Positions 25,933 to 39,029 of a stretch of 64,000 nucleotides of DNA are shown here, one piece after another. Numbering within the stretch: position 1 is the stretch's first letter; the number at the start of each line of letters is the position of its first letter. The DNA lies in assembly GCF_018977255.1 (NCBI RefSeq), contig NW_024704742.1, forward strand, positions 13,332,001 to 13,396,000. Direction: 5' to 3'. The notes beneath the pieces were generated by a model. It saw only the letters and a program-made list of their open reading frames with translations. It was not told where the DNA came from and did no database searches. Made by a program: the position numbers and the translations under genes. The stretch is from Callorhinchus milii (Eukaryota).

Positions 25933-26654
25933 CTGCAAAAGGATTACAAAGGAGAGCCTATCATGAGTATCTCTGTGTATCAGTTTCTCCCACAAAATAT
26001 ACAGTCAATTCACTTTACAATATATTCTGTGAAGTGCTTTGAGATGCCTCAAAGGCCGTATATCAATTGCAAGGATTATTATTATTACTATTACCATCAT
26101 CTACAACAACAACAATATTTTATAGAGCGCCTTTCACGGGAGGACGTCCCAAAGCTACCGGTAACAAAGGCAGAGCACCTGTAAAGCTGATGATTTACAC
26201 AGCTCGGAGTCAAACGGTCAAAACCCTCATTCACATCTCGATCACAACAAAATTACATTTGTATAGCGCTTTTCACATCGGGAGAACATCCAAAGGCACT
26301 GGACAGTCAGTGTTATCTCCTGACTAGGAGAAAAACACTCAAAACACTCTGGTTCCACCATCCATAAACACTCTGGTTCCACCATCCATAAGCTCCAGCT
26401 TTACTACCGGAGTCCTCACCAGCACTCTAGTTCCGATCAGGTTTCCCTGGCTGCCTGGCTCTCAACAGATCCACTTCAATATCCTCAACCCCACCTATAA
26501 ACCTCTTGACGTCCCAACACCTTCCTATCTCAGTGTCCTTCCTAGACCCCAGCTTTCTGTTCCCCGCCTCCTCTGTTCTGGTAATTTGCTCTTGCTGCGT
26601 GACCCATGTTCTCCTAACTACCATTAGCGGTCAGTTCTTCAGTTATTACACTTG

Positions 26655-29625
26655 AGCAGAGAGCCCAGCAGCGTGAGGAGGGAACTGAGTGAGGTGAAAC
26701 AGAGTGAGAATTTTGTTAAGGAATTTGGTGCAGAATGCGAAAGAGGTGCAGAATTATAAAACATATATTTATATTAATAATATAAAACACGCCTGGAAAT
26801 ATGGCAGGGCAGCTGAGACCGGTTCCATGCACAATGTGTGCCATGTGGGAACTCCAGGATGCTCTGTGTGCCCTGGCCAGACACGTATGTAAGAAGCTGC
26901 TCGAGCTTGAGCTCAGAGTTTCTGAGCTTGAGGAGAGGCTGGTGTCATTACATAGCATATGGGAGGCTGAAGAGTTCATGGATCGAACGTTTCAGGAGGT
27001 AGTCACCCCACAGCCACAGAGGGTTCAGAACGAGAGTGAGTGGGTGACCACCTGGCATGGTAGGAAGAAAGGATGGGGATTGCAGCAATCCCCTGAGTGT
27101 GGCACTCACAAACCGGGTCTCTGCACTGAATGCCAGTCAGGGTGATGACCCTCTGCGGAGGGTAATCAAAAGCAAATGGGTGCACAGGGGGACACAGGGA
27201 ATAGTCTATGCAATTGTCATTGGGGACACAATGGTGAAAGGAGCAGACAGGCGTTTCTGCAACCAAAGACATGACTCTCGCATAGTATGTTGCCTCCATG
27301 GTGCCAGGGTTAAAGACATCACAGAACGTGTGCAAAATGTTCTACAGGGGGAAGAGGACCATCCAGAGGTCATGGTCCATGTTGGGCTCCATGACGTAGG
27401 GAAAAAAAGGGCTAAGATCCTACAGGGAGAGTATCAGAAGCTAGGGAAAAAGCTAAAGAGCAGGACCTCAAAGATGTTGATCTCTGGATTACTCCCAGTG
27501 CCTCGTGCAAGTGAGTATCAAAACAGCAGGATCAAATACATGAATGCATGGCTGGAGAAATTATGATGGCTGGAGGGCTTCAGGTTCCTGGATCATTGGA
27601 ACCAGTTCTGGAGCAGGTGGAACCTGTACAAGGTGGATGGGTTACGCCTGATCAGGGCTGGGACCAATGTCCTTGCAGGAAGGTGCTGTGGGAAGGGGTT
27701 TAAACTAATTTTGAGGAGGGAGGGAATCAGGATGTAGCATTCGAGAGGACAATAATTTATATAGAGGGCTGGGAGAGATGAATAGCAATTTAATGAGGAG
27801 TAATCCAGAAAAAGGAGGGATTAGATGGGGGAGAAATGCAGAACAGACTAAGTTGGTCATGGAGTGCAAGTGCGTAAATGCACAGAATGTGACAAATAAG
27901 GTTGGTGAGCTGCAGGCTCAAGTTGCCACATGGGGATATGATGTAGTGGCAATAACGGAGACCTGGTTCAAACAAGGGCAGGAATGGGAGCTGACTATTC
28001 CTGTCTACAATGTATTCAGGACAGATAGGGAAGGAAAAAAAGGGGTGGTCAATATTGATTAAATACAAGTTTTAAAAAAGGAGGCCTATGATAAATGTCA
28101 GGTCCAAAATACAGAAAATAATCAAATAGAATATAGAAAGTACACAGAGGAGAACTGAAAAAGGAAAGGGGCAAAGAGATTGTATGAGAAAAGATTAGTG
28201 GGTAACACACAAGGGAAAACTAAGGTATTTTATAAAGAATAAAAGGTTAGTCAAAGGTAGGGTAATAAATAATAATAATCCTTGCATTTGATATAGCGCT
28301 TTTCATGTCGGGAGGATGTCCCAAAGCGCTTCACAGAACACACTGTAAAGTGAATTGACTGTATATTTGTGGGCGAACGCAGCAGCCAATTGCGCACAGC
28401 AATGTCCCACAAACAGTCGTAGGTTGAAAATGACCAATTTATTATTGTTTTTGGTTTTGGAGGGATTATTATTAGGCTCTGTGTGGAGTAAGGAAACTTG
28501 CCCAAGCTTTCGCCCTCTGCCTGGAATTGAACTCAGGTCTCTCGCTTGCAAAGCGAGTGCTCTAACCACTGAGCTACAGGACTCCACAATTAGGGTGGGT
28601 CCAATTAGGGACCAAAAAGGAAATCTTCTTGTGGAGGCAGAGGGCATGGCTGACATACTGAATGAGTACTTTACATCTGTCTTCACAAAAAAAGAGGATG
28701 CAACCAATGCAAGTGTTGGAGGAGAGGGTAGAGAAATTAGATAAGATAAGAAGAAACTGAGAGGAGGTACTAAAAAGGTTGTCATTGCTCAAGGTAGATA
28801 AGTCACCCGGTTCGGATGGGATGCATCCTAAGTTACTAAGTTACTGAGGGACGTAAGGATGGGAATGGGATTGACATTACACTCTTCAAAGAGCCGGCAC
28901 AGACTCGATGGACCGAATGGCCTCTTTTTGTGCTGTACGATTCTATGATTCTAAATCTTTGAAGGTGGCAGGAAGGTAGATAAAGTTGTTAAAACAGCTT
29001 ACAGGTTACTAGGCTTTATAAATAGGGGCAGAGAATACAAAAGTCAGGAAGTTATGATGAACCTTTATAAAATACTGGTTAGGCCTTAGCTAGAGACTGT
29101 GTTCAGTTCTGGCCCCACACTTTGGGAAGGATGTCCAGGCACTGGAGAGGGTGCAAAGGAGATTTACCAGGATGGTACCAGGAATGAGAGACTTCAGTTA
29201 TCAGGAGAGGCTTGAGGAGCGAGGATTATTCTCCTTGGAGTAGAGAAGGTTAAGAAGAGACTTAATAGAAGTTTTCAAAATTATGAGGGGATTCGGTAGG
29301 GTGAACAAGGAGAAACTATTTCCACTGGTAACCCGAGGGTACTGATTTAAAATAGTTGTTAAAAGAAACACAAGGGGAGGTGAGGAGAATTTTTTGTTTA
29401 CAAGCGAGTTGTTTGGATGTGGAATGCATTGCCTGAAAAGGCGGTGGAAGCCGATTCGATAGCAGCTTTCAAGAGAGAAGTAGATAATTATTTTGGGAAA
29501 ATAAGTTTGCAGGGCTATGGGGTGAGAGAGGGAGAGTGGGATTGAATTGGATAGCTCTTTTCAAAGAGCTGGCACAGACACGATGGGCCGTATGGCCTAC
29601 TTCTGGGTTGTATGATTCTATGATA
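26655..29625 (+). mobile_element. CR1 LINE retaining its 5' region and ORF1 (zinc finger/coiled coil plus SGNH esterase), with deleted ORF2, a SINE insert and two 3' ends
   Basis: MAGQLRPVPCTMCAMWE...LELRVSELEERL; VIGDTMVK..CCLHGARVKD..MVHVG; ORF2 start CVNAQNVTNKVGEL..DVVAITETW; 3' tails at about 28950 and 29620. Confidence 0.88.
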
Positions 29626-30102
29626 CACCCCTAACCTCTGGAACTCCCTCCCTATGTCTCAGCCCTTCTCTGGTTTTAAATTCCACCTAAAACCTACCTC
29701 TTCAACTGTACCTAATGTCAGCCCACCTCCCCACTCCCCCTTTCCTTTGGTGACCCTGAAGCGATCCAAGACACAATCCCACAGGAAGGCACTATATAAA
29801 GGAACGTTGATCAGCTGACATTGTTTGGGTGGGAGCAAGGTGTTCTAGGTTAAAGACATGAAGTAGCACCATCAAGGGATAAGATCAATGTTAGACAGTA
29901 GAGATGGAAAAGTGCTGAATCCTAGCTCCAGAAATATCCTGTGACCGACAACCAGAAACATACAGTCACTACATAATAAGAGTTAGTAACTTATTGGGGT
30001 CAGTAAGTGGCCCCAGGCTGTATTATAAATGCTGTCCTAGGCGGGATCTTATTTCAACTCTAACGCCAATAATGTATTTTTATTGAAAGTTTGTGAGATT
30101 AC

Positions 30103-30233
30103 CTTTTCTCTGCCTATCCAGCTCTTTGTTCTGAGCTAATATATTGGCCACTTGTTTCCCATGATTCTCTGCCACACTCTATAGCTGGTCCTGGGGCTCT
30201 TGTACCCACTGCTCTATTCGGGCTTGGGACATC
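30103..30233 (-). pseudogene. CCDC17-like exon, 131 bp, in-frame TAG at 30179-30181
   Basis: ttctcag|G ATG; MSQARIEQWVQEPQDQL*SVAENHGKQVANILAQNKELDRQRK; G|gtaatc; phase matches the next exon. Confidence 0.75.
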
Positions 30234-31073
30234 CTGAGAATGAAAGCATGTCCACAGGAAGAGAACACATGTGAGCACACAGGCACTTTGATTTGATTGA
30301 CACGATGGACCAAATGGTCTTCTTCTGTGCTGTACTTTTCTCTGGCTTGAGAATGAACCAAGATTTGTCAGAACACTTTTTACATAAACCCCGAACAGTA
30401 GTTACTGTTTAGATACACCAAGGAAGGAGAATAAAAGTTACACAGATATTGTGTGTACACTGGAACAGGTTACAGGGGAGCTCAGGCCAAGATGCTGGGC
30501 TTATAATAATAATCCTTGCATTTAATATAGCGCCTTATCACATTTTTGAGACATCTCAAAGCACTTCATAGAATATATAGATAAAGTGAATTAACTGTAC
30601 ATTTTGTGGGCGAAACACAGCAGCCAATTGCTCACAGCAGTGTCCCTCAAATAGTCATGGATTGAGTAATCCAATTATTATTGTTTTTTTTAAAAATTGT
30701 ATTGAAGTGGTTATTAGCCCTGGAAACACATCCGCCAAACAACTAATAACTGGGTTCCAGCTAGGCAAATAGAGACGTGAGGAGTAAGGAAACTTGCCCA
30801 ACATTTCACCCTGCCCAGGTGAACCCATTGAACCGAGGTGTCTCACTTACTCTAACCACTGAGCCACAGGATTTGTGTAAGAAACAGCTTAATGCTGTGA
30901 TGCAAGGACCTTAGGGTGGGTGCCATGGCAGAATTATGAAGGATACGCAGCCTGCACAGCGCTGGCGATCTGAACTTTAAGGTGGATCTGATGATGGCTT
31001 CCACTTCTCCAGAGAAATTTGACAGGTCTCGTTAGGATGAGGAGGTTGGTAGCAGACTGAGGTCACAATTCAC

Positions 31074-31235
31074 CTGCTGCCTTTTCAGTCATTGACCTTT
31101 CACCCCTGGCCTTTCACCCACCACCTTCTCCCCCCAGCAATCTTTAATCTCTGGTTTTGCCCTTTTGCCTTCATGGCTGATCCTTTCATTGGCTTTAAGG
31201 TTGCTGTTCAAGTACTGACCCATGATCCAGCTCAC
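31074..31235 (-). pseudogene. CCDC17-like possible exon with TGA (31089-91); end phase does not match the next exon
   Basis: cttttcaactgcag|GTG acceptor, CAG|gtgaat donor; VSWIMGQYLNSNLKANERISHEGKRAKPE...GQ*LKRQQ. Confidence 0.35.
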
Positions 31236-34200
31236 CTGCAGTTGAAAAGGGAAGCAACTTTGCCCAACTTTGTCCAAGATCGGGTTACAAGGATGGTTAA
31301 AGGTGCACTTTAATTTTCCAAATTATAGCTATTTTTTTCCGGCTGCAACTACAATGGGGTCTCATATACATGTGAACTGTTGGCAAACATCTCATTAGTT
31401 GTCAGTTCTGTAAATATGGGTTATGCCACATAAGTCAAGTCGCTTCACTCTCTGGCACCTCCCTACCTCTCTGACCTCCTCACTCCATCACCCAGTGCCT
31501 CCACTCGACTGGCACTGGCCTCCTGCTCGTCCCTCGGATCCTCTGCTCCACCATTGGAGGTTGCGCTTTCAGCCACTATGCCCTGAAAGTCTGGTAGACT
31601 CTCCATCAATCTCTCCGCCTTGCCCCCTCTCTCCCCTTTTTTNAAGTCCTGCCTTAAAATCTTTCTTTTCGACCGTGCTTACGGTCACCTCCCCCCACCT
31701 GACTCGGAGCTGGGCTCCGCCACTGTTAAGCGCTCTGAAACTCTACCCTGCGTGAAGGGCGCTATATATGTGAGTTGTTGTAATTCACATATTTTTCCAA
31801 CGTGTCAATGACAAGAGAACAAAATTGCTACCACTGTTTTAAACTGCACAATGATAGCATTGTGACTAGCCACGATCTGTTTTACTTCACAACTTTTGAC
31901 TGCAAATCATCTAATCTAAACTTACCATGGTAATAATAATAATTCTTGCATTTGATATAGCTTCTTATCACGTCTTCTATATATCTCAAAGCACTTCACA
32001 GAATATACTGTAAAGTGAATTGACTGTATTCTTTGTGGACAAAATGCAGCAGGCAATTGTGCACATCAGGTTCACATAAACAGTCCCACAAACGCAAGTC
32101 GTCTCACTTGCGAGGCGAGTGTTCTAACCACTAAGCTACAGGGACTTCACTCTAGTTCTGCACGTAATTCTTAACAAATTCAAACCTGTCGTGTGAGAGA
32201 GGTGAAAGATTGGACCAAAAGTGTCTCTGATAAGTATTGGGAAAATAAATCCATAACAATACTTTCAGCTAGGCCAAGATAGCAGAACAGTGGAGCACAT
32301 GTTCAGGATTGTCTCAGGCAATTTCAGGACAGAGGCCTGGAAGCTTTTCTTTACTCAGAGGTTAACAAACGACTGGACAGGTTAACAGGAGATTGATGCC
32401 AGGACACTGAACTCGTTTAAGAAACAGCTTGATGTTATGATGGAGGACAGTAGGCTGAGATCAAATGAGCCAAAGGGCCTTCTTTATCCAAATTTCTCAT
32501 TATCTTGCTACACATCCTGGAAATTGATATGCAAGTTGTTCTACCTGCAAGTTTGCAGCATTGAAATCCCAATCATACTAATGTAGGCTATTATAATAAC
32601 TTGCATTTATATTGAAATTTGATATAGAATAAAAATAATCCTTTTTTTTGATATAGTGCCTTATCACAGTTTTAAATGGCACCAAGTGATAACATTGTGA
32701 CTAGCCACGCATTAGCAATCCGTTTTACATCACAACTTTTGATTGCAAATCGACTAAACTTATCATGGTAGTATTCTAGTAATATTATAGAGATGAAAAA
32801 GAGAGACCTTGGGAAACAATGGCCTGCTGACTTCCTCCACCTCTTCCCAAATGTTCTGGCTCCACCATGACAGTCCAAGCCCTCAACAAGCAGTGCAACT
32901 ACACATAGCCATTGAGTTCAAGTCACTCCAGAGGGTGAGGTAGATAATGCCACAACATAGTGTTGAGCAGCAAACACTTTAGAAGCAAGGAGGAAAGGGG
33001 ACAGGAAATAAAGCTGTACAACATGAGGAGAGGATATTTCTTGAGATGCATTTGCCCGTAATTCCTGATTAAAAGAAAACTGAATTTGTCTGCCACATTC
33101 TTGTTACATCCTGGCTGGGGTTCATTTTGACCCCTTTGGAAGGTATAAATTCTGTTTATTACTCTGCTAATAATAATAATAATAACTGGACAAATAAGAT
33201 CCGCTATACCACCATTCTCTGCTGTAATTTGACAACATTCAATAGTGTTTGTTTACCTGTAATACTACATCTATGGGAAATACAGTTTCTAAGTGAAGAG
33301 ATAAATCTCAGGGTGCGTGTGTTCCGCACCAGCACAATTGAAAAATTGATCTATTGTATGATAATTGCAAGCAAACAGCAGGGCAAGATGTGTAGCTGTA
33401 ACAATGCAGAACAAAAAAGGGTTTAATTAATATTGCTAGCAATTTGATTCATCTTTGTGGGTGAGAAAGTGGACAGCTATTTGGAACATTTGTGTAGTTT
33501 AACGGATCCGTTTACTGGGTAATAGGCAGTGGTAGTGAGGTTTCCTTACCCTCAGAGTATTGTAACTCCTTGGCAATATAGAGGCTCCTTGTGGAGTACT
33601 CTGCCTCAGTGGTTAGAGAATTCGCCTCATGAGAGACCTCTGTTTGATTCCCGGGCAGGACGAAATGTTAAGCAAGTTTCCTTACTCCACACGCCTCTGT
33701 TTACCTAGCAGTAAGTAGGAACCCAGTTGTTAGTCGATTGGGTGATTGCTTTTTGGGGGTAAAAATCCCTTTAAAAAAATAATAATTTGGTCACTCAATC
33801 CACGACTGTTTGTGGGAATAGGTCACAGTGTATATTGATCAACAACGATGTATGTATGTGGGCTTTTTGATGGAGCACTCTAGATTCACCAGGCCTGTTT
33901 ATCAGGAATGTCTGGCATCAGTCAGATTCTCCAGCAAACTGCTAATATCATTGATTTGCAACAGAGAATCTCCTGATTATCTATAGCTAAACCTCATGAA
34001 CAACAACAACAAATTACATTTGTACAGCAACTTTCACGTCAAGAGGACGTCCCAAAGAGCTGGACAGTCAGGGATCCGCACCCAAGCTGGTGGCTGGGAT
34101 CAGGAAGGGTGGAGGGCGGTGAAGGTAGGGGAAGGAAGGTAACCAAAGGCATAGTTGAAGAGGAGGGTCTTGAAGGAGGCAAGGGAGTGGCCGAGGCGGA

Positions 34201-36112
34201 GGGACTGTGTGATGGAATTCCAGAGGGAGCAGAGAGGCTGAAGGCCCACCTTCGTAATTCATAGAAGCAATTGACTGTAAGCATAATCGTATGCGAGCAA
34301 GGGAAGCCAATAAACTAAAAACATTAGTTTAATTCTCAAAGGCCTCACTTTGAGGCCTTTGAGATTATTCACAAAATAATAATCCCCTCAAATGTACAAT
34401 CTGTCTTCCTGGGTTGTCAATTCCATGTATTCACTGTGCTCTGTGTATAGTGGAGCGGCAAAATAATTCCACTTGTGTCCTCTATTTCACATATTAACTA
34501 CACTCTGTGTATAGCAAAACACCCAGACCTTCAACACACAGGGGATGTGCAATTATGTAATGCATTGGCACCGCCCCATGCAACTGAGGGAATGAACGCT
34601 GGTTTGTTCCGACAACAACAACTTGCATTTATATAGCGCCCTTCATGCCAGACAGCATCTCAGAGCACTTAACAATGGCGGAGCCCGATGCCAAGCCGGA
34701 GGGAGGGGAAAAGTGACCGTAGGCACCGTTGAAGAGGAAGATCGTCAATCGTGACCTGAAAATGGGGAGAGTGGAGGCAAGGTGAAGGGATTGAGGGAGA
34801 GAGTTCCATAGTTTTGGGGCGTAGTGGCTGAAAACACGGCCGGCGTTGGTGGAGCGGAGGTTCCCGGGGACAAAGAGGAGGCCGGAGCCAGTCGAACGGA
34901 AGCAGTGGGTATGCTGCAAACAGTAAATGCTGGACATCACCCAGGTTATCTAGGGGTGATAGGAAAGAAAAGTAGGAAAAAGGGGGAGATTGTGCAGAAC
35001 GAAGGGAAAGTTAAACCGGGGTCATCTCCTAGCAACTAATTTCTGCATACAACAACATTGTCAGAGACCCAAAGGCAGGAGAGTCCCTGTACTTCTGATG
35101 GGAAGGAATTATTACTCCCGGAAAACCGATCCGCCAATTGACTAACAACCAGGTTCCTACTTATTACTAGGTAAACAGGCGCATGGAGTAAGAAAACTTG
35201 CCTAAGATTTTTACACCGTTACGATTTTGCCAACATTGCAAAAGGCAGTCCTATCTGCTGTCTGATCTATTGGCAGTAAAAGGCCAACTTCACTCTTGTA
35301 ATTTGTAATATTGTTTCATGACTTTACTTTAATCCATAAGATTTTCACTATTTCAAACAAAGTGATGGGGGTAGGTCAATATTATTCTCCCTGCTCCACA
35401 AGCCATATCCACATCCCACAACCTCAAGATATCTGAAGTGCAGATAAAAAGAAAACACGCGAAAGTCCTTGATTAAAATATAAAATGCTGGCAATATACC
35501 AGCAGGTCAACCAGCAGCTGAATGAGAAAAACAGCTCACCGCACCTCTCTCCCTGGTTAGTGTCAACCAATGGTAAAACCTCCAGGAAGCAATCATTTAG
35601 AGTCCTGTAGCTCAGTGGTTAGAGCATTCACCTCGCAAGCAAGAGACCTGGCTTTGATTCCCGGCAAGGCGAAACCCTGGGAAAGTTTCCACATGCCTGA
35701 TAATAATCCCTCAAGAAAAAAACAATAATAATTTGGTCACTCAATCCACGACTGTTTGTGGATTGCCGCGTTTCGCCCACAAATATACGGTCAATTCATT
35801 TTAAAATATATACTGTGAAACGCTTTGAAATGTTTCAAAGACGTGAAAAGCACTATATCAAATGCAAGGATCTCCTTTTTCAATTGTCTTTGAGTCCTTG
35901 GGTTTTAATATCTTCCATTACTGCCCTCTTACGGTTAAAATAATGAAATAAATTGTTTTGCATTTTTTGTAATGTCCATTTCCAGTCGCTCTTAGTGCCC
36001 CAATTTCTCTTTACAATACCTATTACTGTGGTCTTGTATTCAGCCCAATGCTGAACCTCTTATTTCTCCTTATGAGCATTGTGAACCTTCCCTTTTTTAA
36101 CATAGCACAAAC

Positions 36113-36262
36113 CTGGCCAATTTGTGATTTCAGAATAGAATCTGACTGCAGGTCAGATCCCAGGTTCTCGCTCAGTAACTTCTGCTGTTTCCTGTCCATT
36201 TCTTCCAACGTGTCCCACTGCCCCATCTCACATTGTTGCTTATAGTCCTTAAGTTGATCAAA
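36113..36262 (-). pseudogene. CCDC17-like probable exon, 150 bp
   Basis: tttttag|TTT ... CAG|gtttgt; open frame FDQLKDYKQQCEMGQWDTLEEMDRKQQKLLSENLGSDLQSDSILKSQIGQ (coiled-coil-like). Confidence 0.55.
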
Positions 36263-37984
36263 CTAAAAAAATAAAGACTTACATCGATTGAAGTATAAAA
36301 AATCCATTCCCAAATCACTCACTTTTACTTATACAAACCCGGTCTGAGACATCGTAAAGTGCTTCACAGAATATACTGTAAAGAGAATTGACTGTATATT
36401 TTGTGGGCAAAAAGTGGCAGCAGATTGCACATAGCAGTATCCCACAAACGGTCGTGGATTGAGTGACCAATTGTTTTTTTAAGAAATTATTACCCCCGGA
36501 CAAACTAATAATAATAATAATCCTTGCATTTGATATAGCGCTTTTCACGTCGGGAGGACGTCCCAAAGCGCTTCACAGAACACACTGTAAAGTGAATTGA
36601 CTGTATATTTGTTGGCGAACGCGGCAGTCAATTGCGCACAGCAATGTCCCACAAACAGTCGTAGATTGAAAATGACCAATTTATTATTGTTTTTGGTTTT
36701 GGAGGGATTATTATTAGGCGTGTGGATTAAGGAAACTTGCTCAAGGTTTCGCCCTGCCTGGAATTGAAGTCGGGTCTCTCACTTGCAAAGCGAGTGCTCT
36801 AACCACTGAGCTACAGGACTCCACGCAACAACCCAATTCCTCCTTATTGCTAAGCAAACAGAGACATGTGGAGTAAGGAAACTTGCCCAAGGTTTCGCCC
36901 TGCCTGGAATCGAACCCAGGTTTATCACTTGCGAGGCGAGTGCTCTTTCCACTGACCTACAGGACTCCACCCTTTTTACCGTTAATAAGCGAAATACTGC
37001 AAAATGTGTTCTGGTACAAGACTGGAGACACAGATTATGGATTGGAAATCAATGCAAGAAAACAAACCTGTATCTTTACAAAGTGGGATGAGCACTTGAA
37101 TATTCAAAACAAATAGTAGCCCAATCACACTACACAACTTGTGTTGCTGGAAAAAAAGAAAAAGTTAACAATTTTGTCTTTCATAGAGAGGTATTGGGAC
37201 AACCAAGAAGGGTGGATGAAACAAGGGCAGGATAGCTCTTAAAGGGTATTCAATAAATACCTGAAGGTAAAACCTACAAACAACAACAACTTGCATTTAT
37301 ATAGGGGCTTTCACGCCAGATTACGTCTCAGAGCGCTTGATATGTGTGGGATAGGATGGGGGAGTGGGACTACATGTTTACAATTTTCCTTTTCCTGTAG
37401 CTCAGTGGTTAGAGCACTCGCTTTGCAAGCGAGAGGCCTGGTTTCGATTCCTGGCAGGGCGAAAGGTTGGGCAAGTTTCCTTACTCCACACGGCTCTGTT
37501 CACCTAGCAGTAAATAGGAACCCTGTTGTTAGTCGATTGGCAGATCGTTTTTCTGGGGATAATAATTCCTTAAAAAAAATTGCTCAATCAATCCACGACT
37601 ATGTGTGGGACTCTGCTGTGTGCAATTGGCTGCCACGATTCACCCACAAAATATACGGTCAATTCACTTTACATTATATTCTGTGAAACGCTTTGAGACA
37701 TCTCGAATATGTGATGGGGTGCTATATCAAATGTAAGAATTATTATTATTATAATAACTTTTACAATGCAGAGTTTCCCAAGCACAGCACAGGAAATGCC
37801 AACCTGGACTATGAGCAGAAAATCCCAATGTGGGCTTTAACCCACAACCATTGACTCAGAGTGCTAGTAACTAAGTAATAATAGTATTATAGTAATAAAG
37901 ATAACTTTACTGCTAAAATATTAGCCCCAGTGGGTAACACAAAAACCATAAGTTGAACTAAAAAAAACGCTTACCTACACTCAC

Positions 37985-38098
37985 TCTGTCATCACCTTGA
38001 TTTCTTTCTATTTCTCTTTGCTTTATTCTTTGTCTGGAAGTTTTTGAAGTTGTGCATTAGTGACTGTCTTTGGGAGAGGAGGAGAGAAGGATGGATAT
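37985..38098 (-). pseudogene. Possible 5' exon of the CCDC17-like gene, with in-frame TAA (38057-59)
   Basis: ttttctcttttag acceptor, AGA|gtgagt donor, phase 0-0; ISILLSSSPKDSH*CTTSKTSRQRIKQREIERNQGDDR; no recognisable homology. Confidence 0.3.
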
Positions 38099-39029
38099 CT
38101 AAAAGAGAAAAAGCTTTGACAACCACTTAAGGTATTCCTTTTTCTTGGTTTATTTATAAAATACACAGTCAATTCACTTTACACTATATTCTCTGAAGCA
38201 CTTTGAGATGTCTTGAAAACTTGGTAAAGCGCTGTATCAAATGAAAGGATTATTATTATTATTGACTACTCTCCCCCCTCTCCCGGCAAACAATATGGTT
38301 GCTAGACACCTTTCCAACCTTTGTTAATGTACTTGTGTTCCCCTGACAAGTGGCTGTGGTTTTCACAATCAGCAGATACCACAAAGGATCAGATCAGCAC
38401 TAGCAAGGGGAGTGCACATGCACTGTGGAGAGTCACATCTACATTCCCACAGTTACACGCTGCAGTCAAGGAAATACGTAGCATAATGTTACCGCAGGCC
38501 TCAAATAATCCAACTACACTCTTCATCAAACTATAAGGGATAATAGCAAAGGTGTTAGTAGAAAAACAAAGGCTATTTACCCAGATCACCTTGTGAATCA
38601 GTAAGTCTCCAGGAATAAATAGTGATTAATGTGACAGGCAGCCACACAAGACACTTGTCATCAGTGATTTGGCAAAATGCAACTTTGTGATGTCAGATAC
38701 AAGCAGCTATCTCAGCCTCAAGCAACCAGCATTCACTTCAAAGGCAACAGTGCTGAGAAGGAACAAGTTAGAGGAGGAGTCTCACATCAGCAAACAAGTG
38801 ATATTGTATTGCTTTCTCAATGTATCAGGCAAGAAGCTAGAGCAATAACTTCAACCTCCCGAAGGAGAGCAGTGGAACCTAACAATTGCAGCACTTTTTT
38901 NACTGCGCGAGCTTTACTAGAAGCCCTCAACATTGCCATCATAAGGGCTCCGGGACACTCCCCCTCGTGAAGAGTGCTATATAAATGCAAGTTGTTGTTA
39001 TTTCTGTCTTTGAACATGTAAACATTCCA

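Larger units (their letters stand above)
6992..38098 (-). pseudogene. CCDC17-like multi-exon gene with premature stop codons (probable unprocessed pseudogene); first exon not identified
   Basis: Ten core exons (30233 to 6992) splice in phase into a CCDC17-type protein (coiled coils, GGND motif, PAPYDP, FYDFLLGL, SGRWKIP..NGVPQ, AELYLRLVN..YKYPP); in-frame stops at 30179-81, 25832-34 and 12571-73. Confidence 0.85.
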
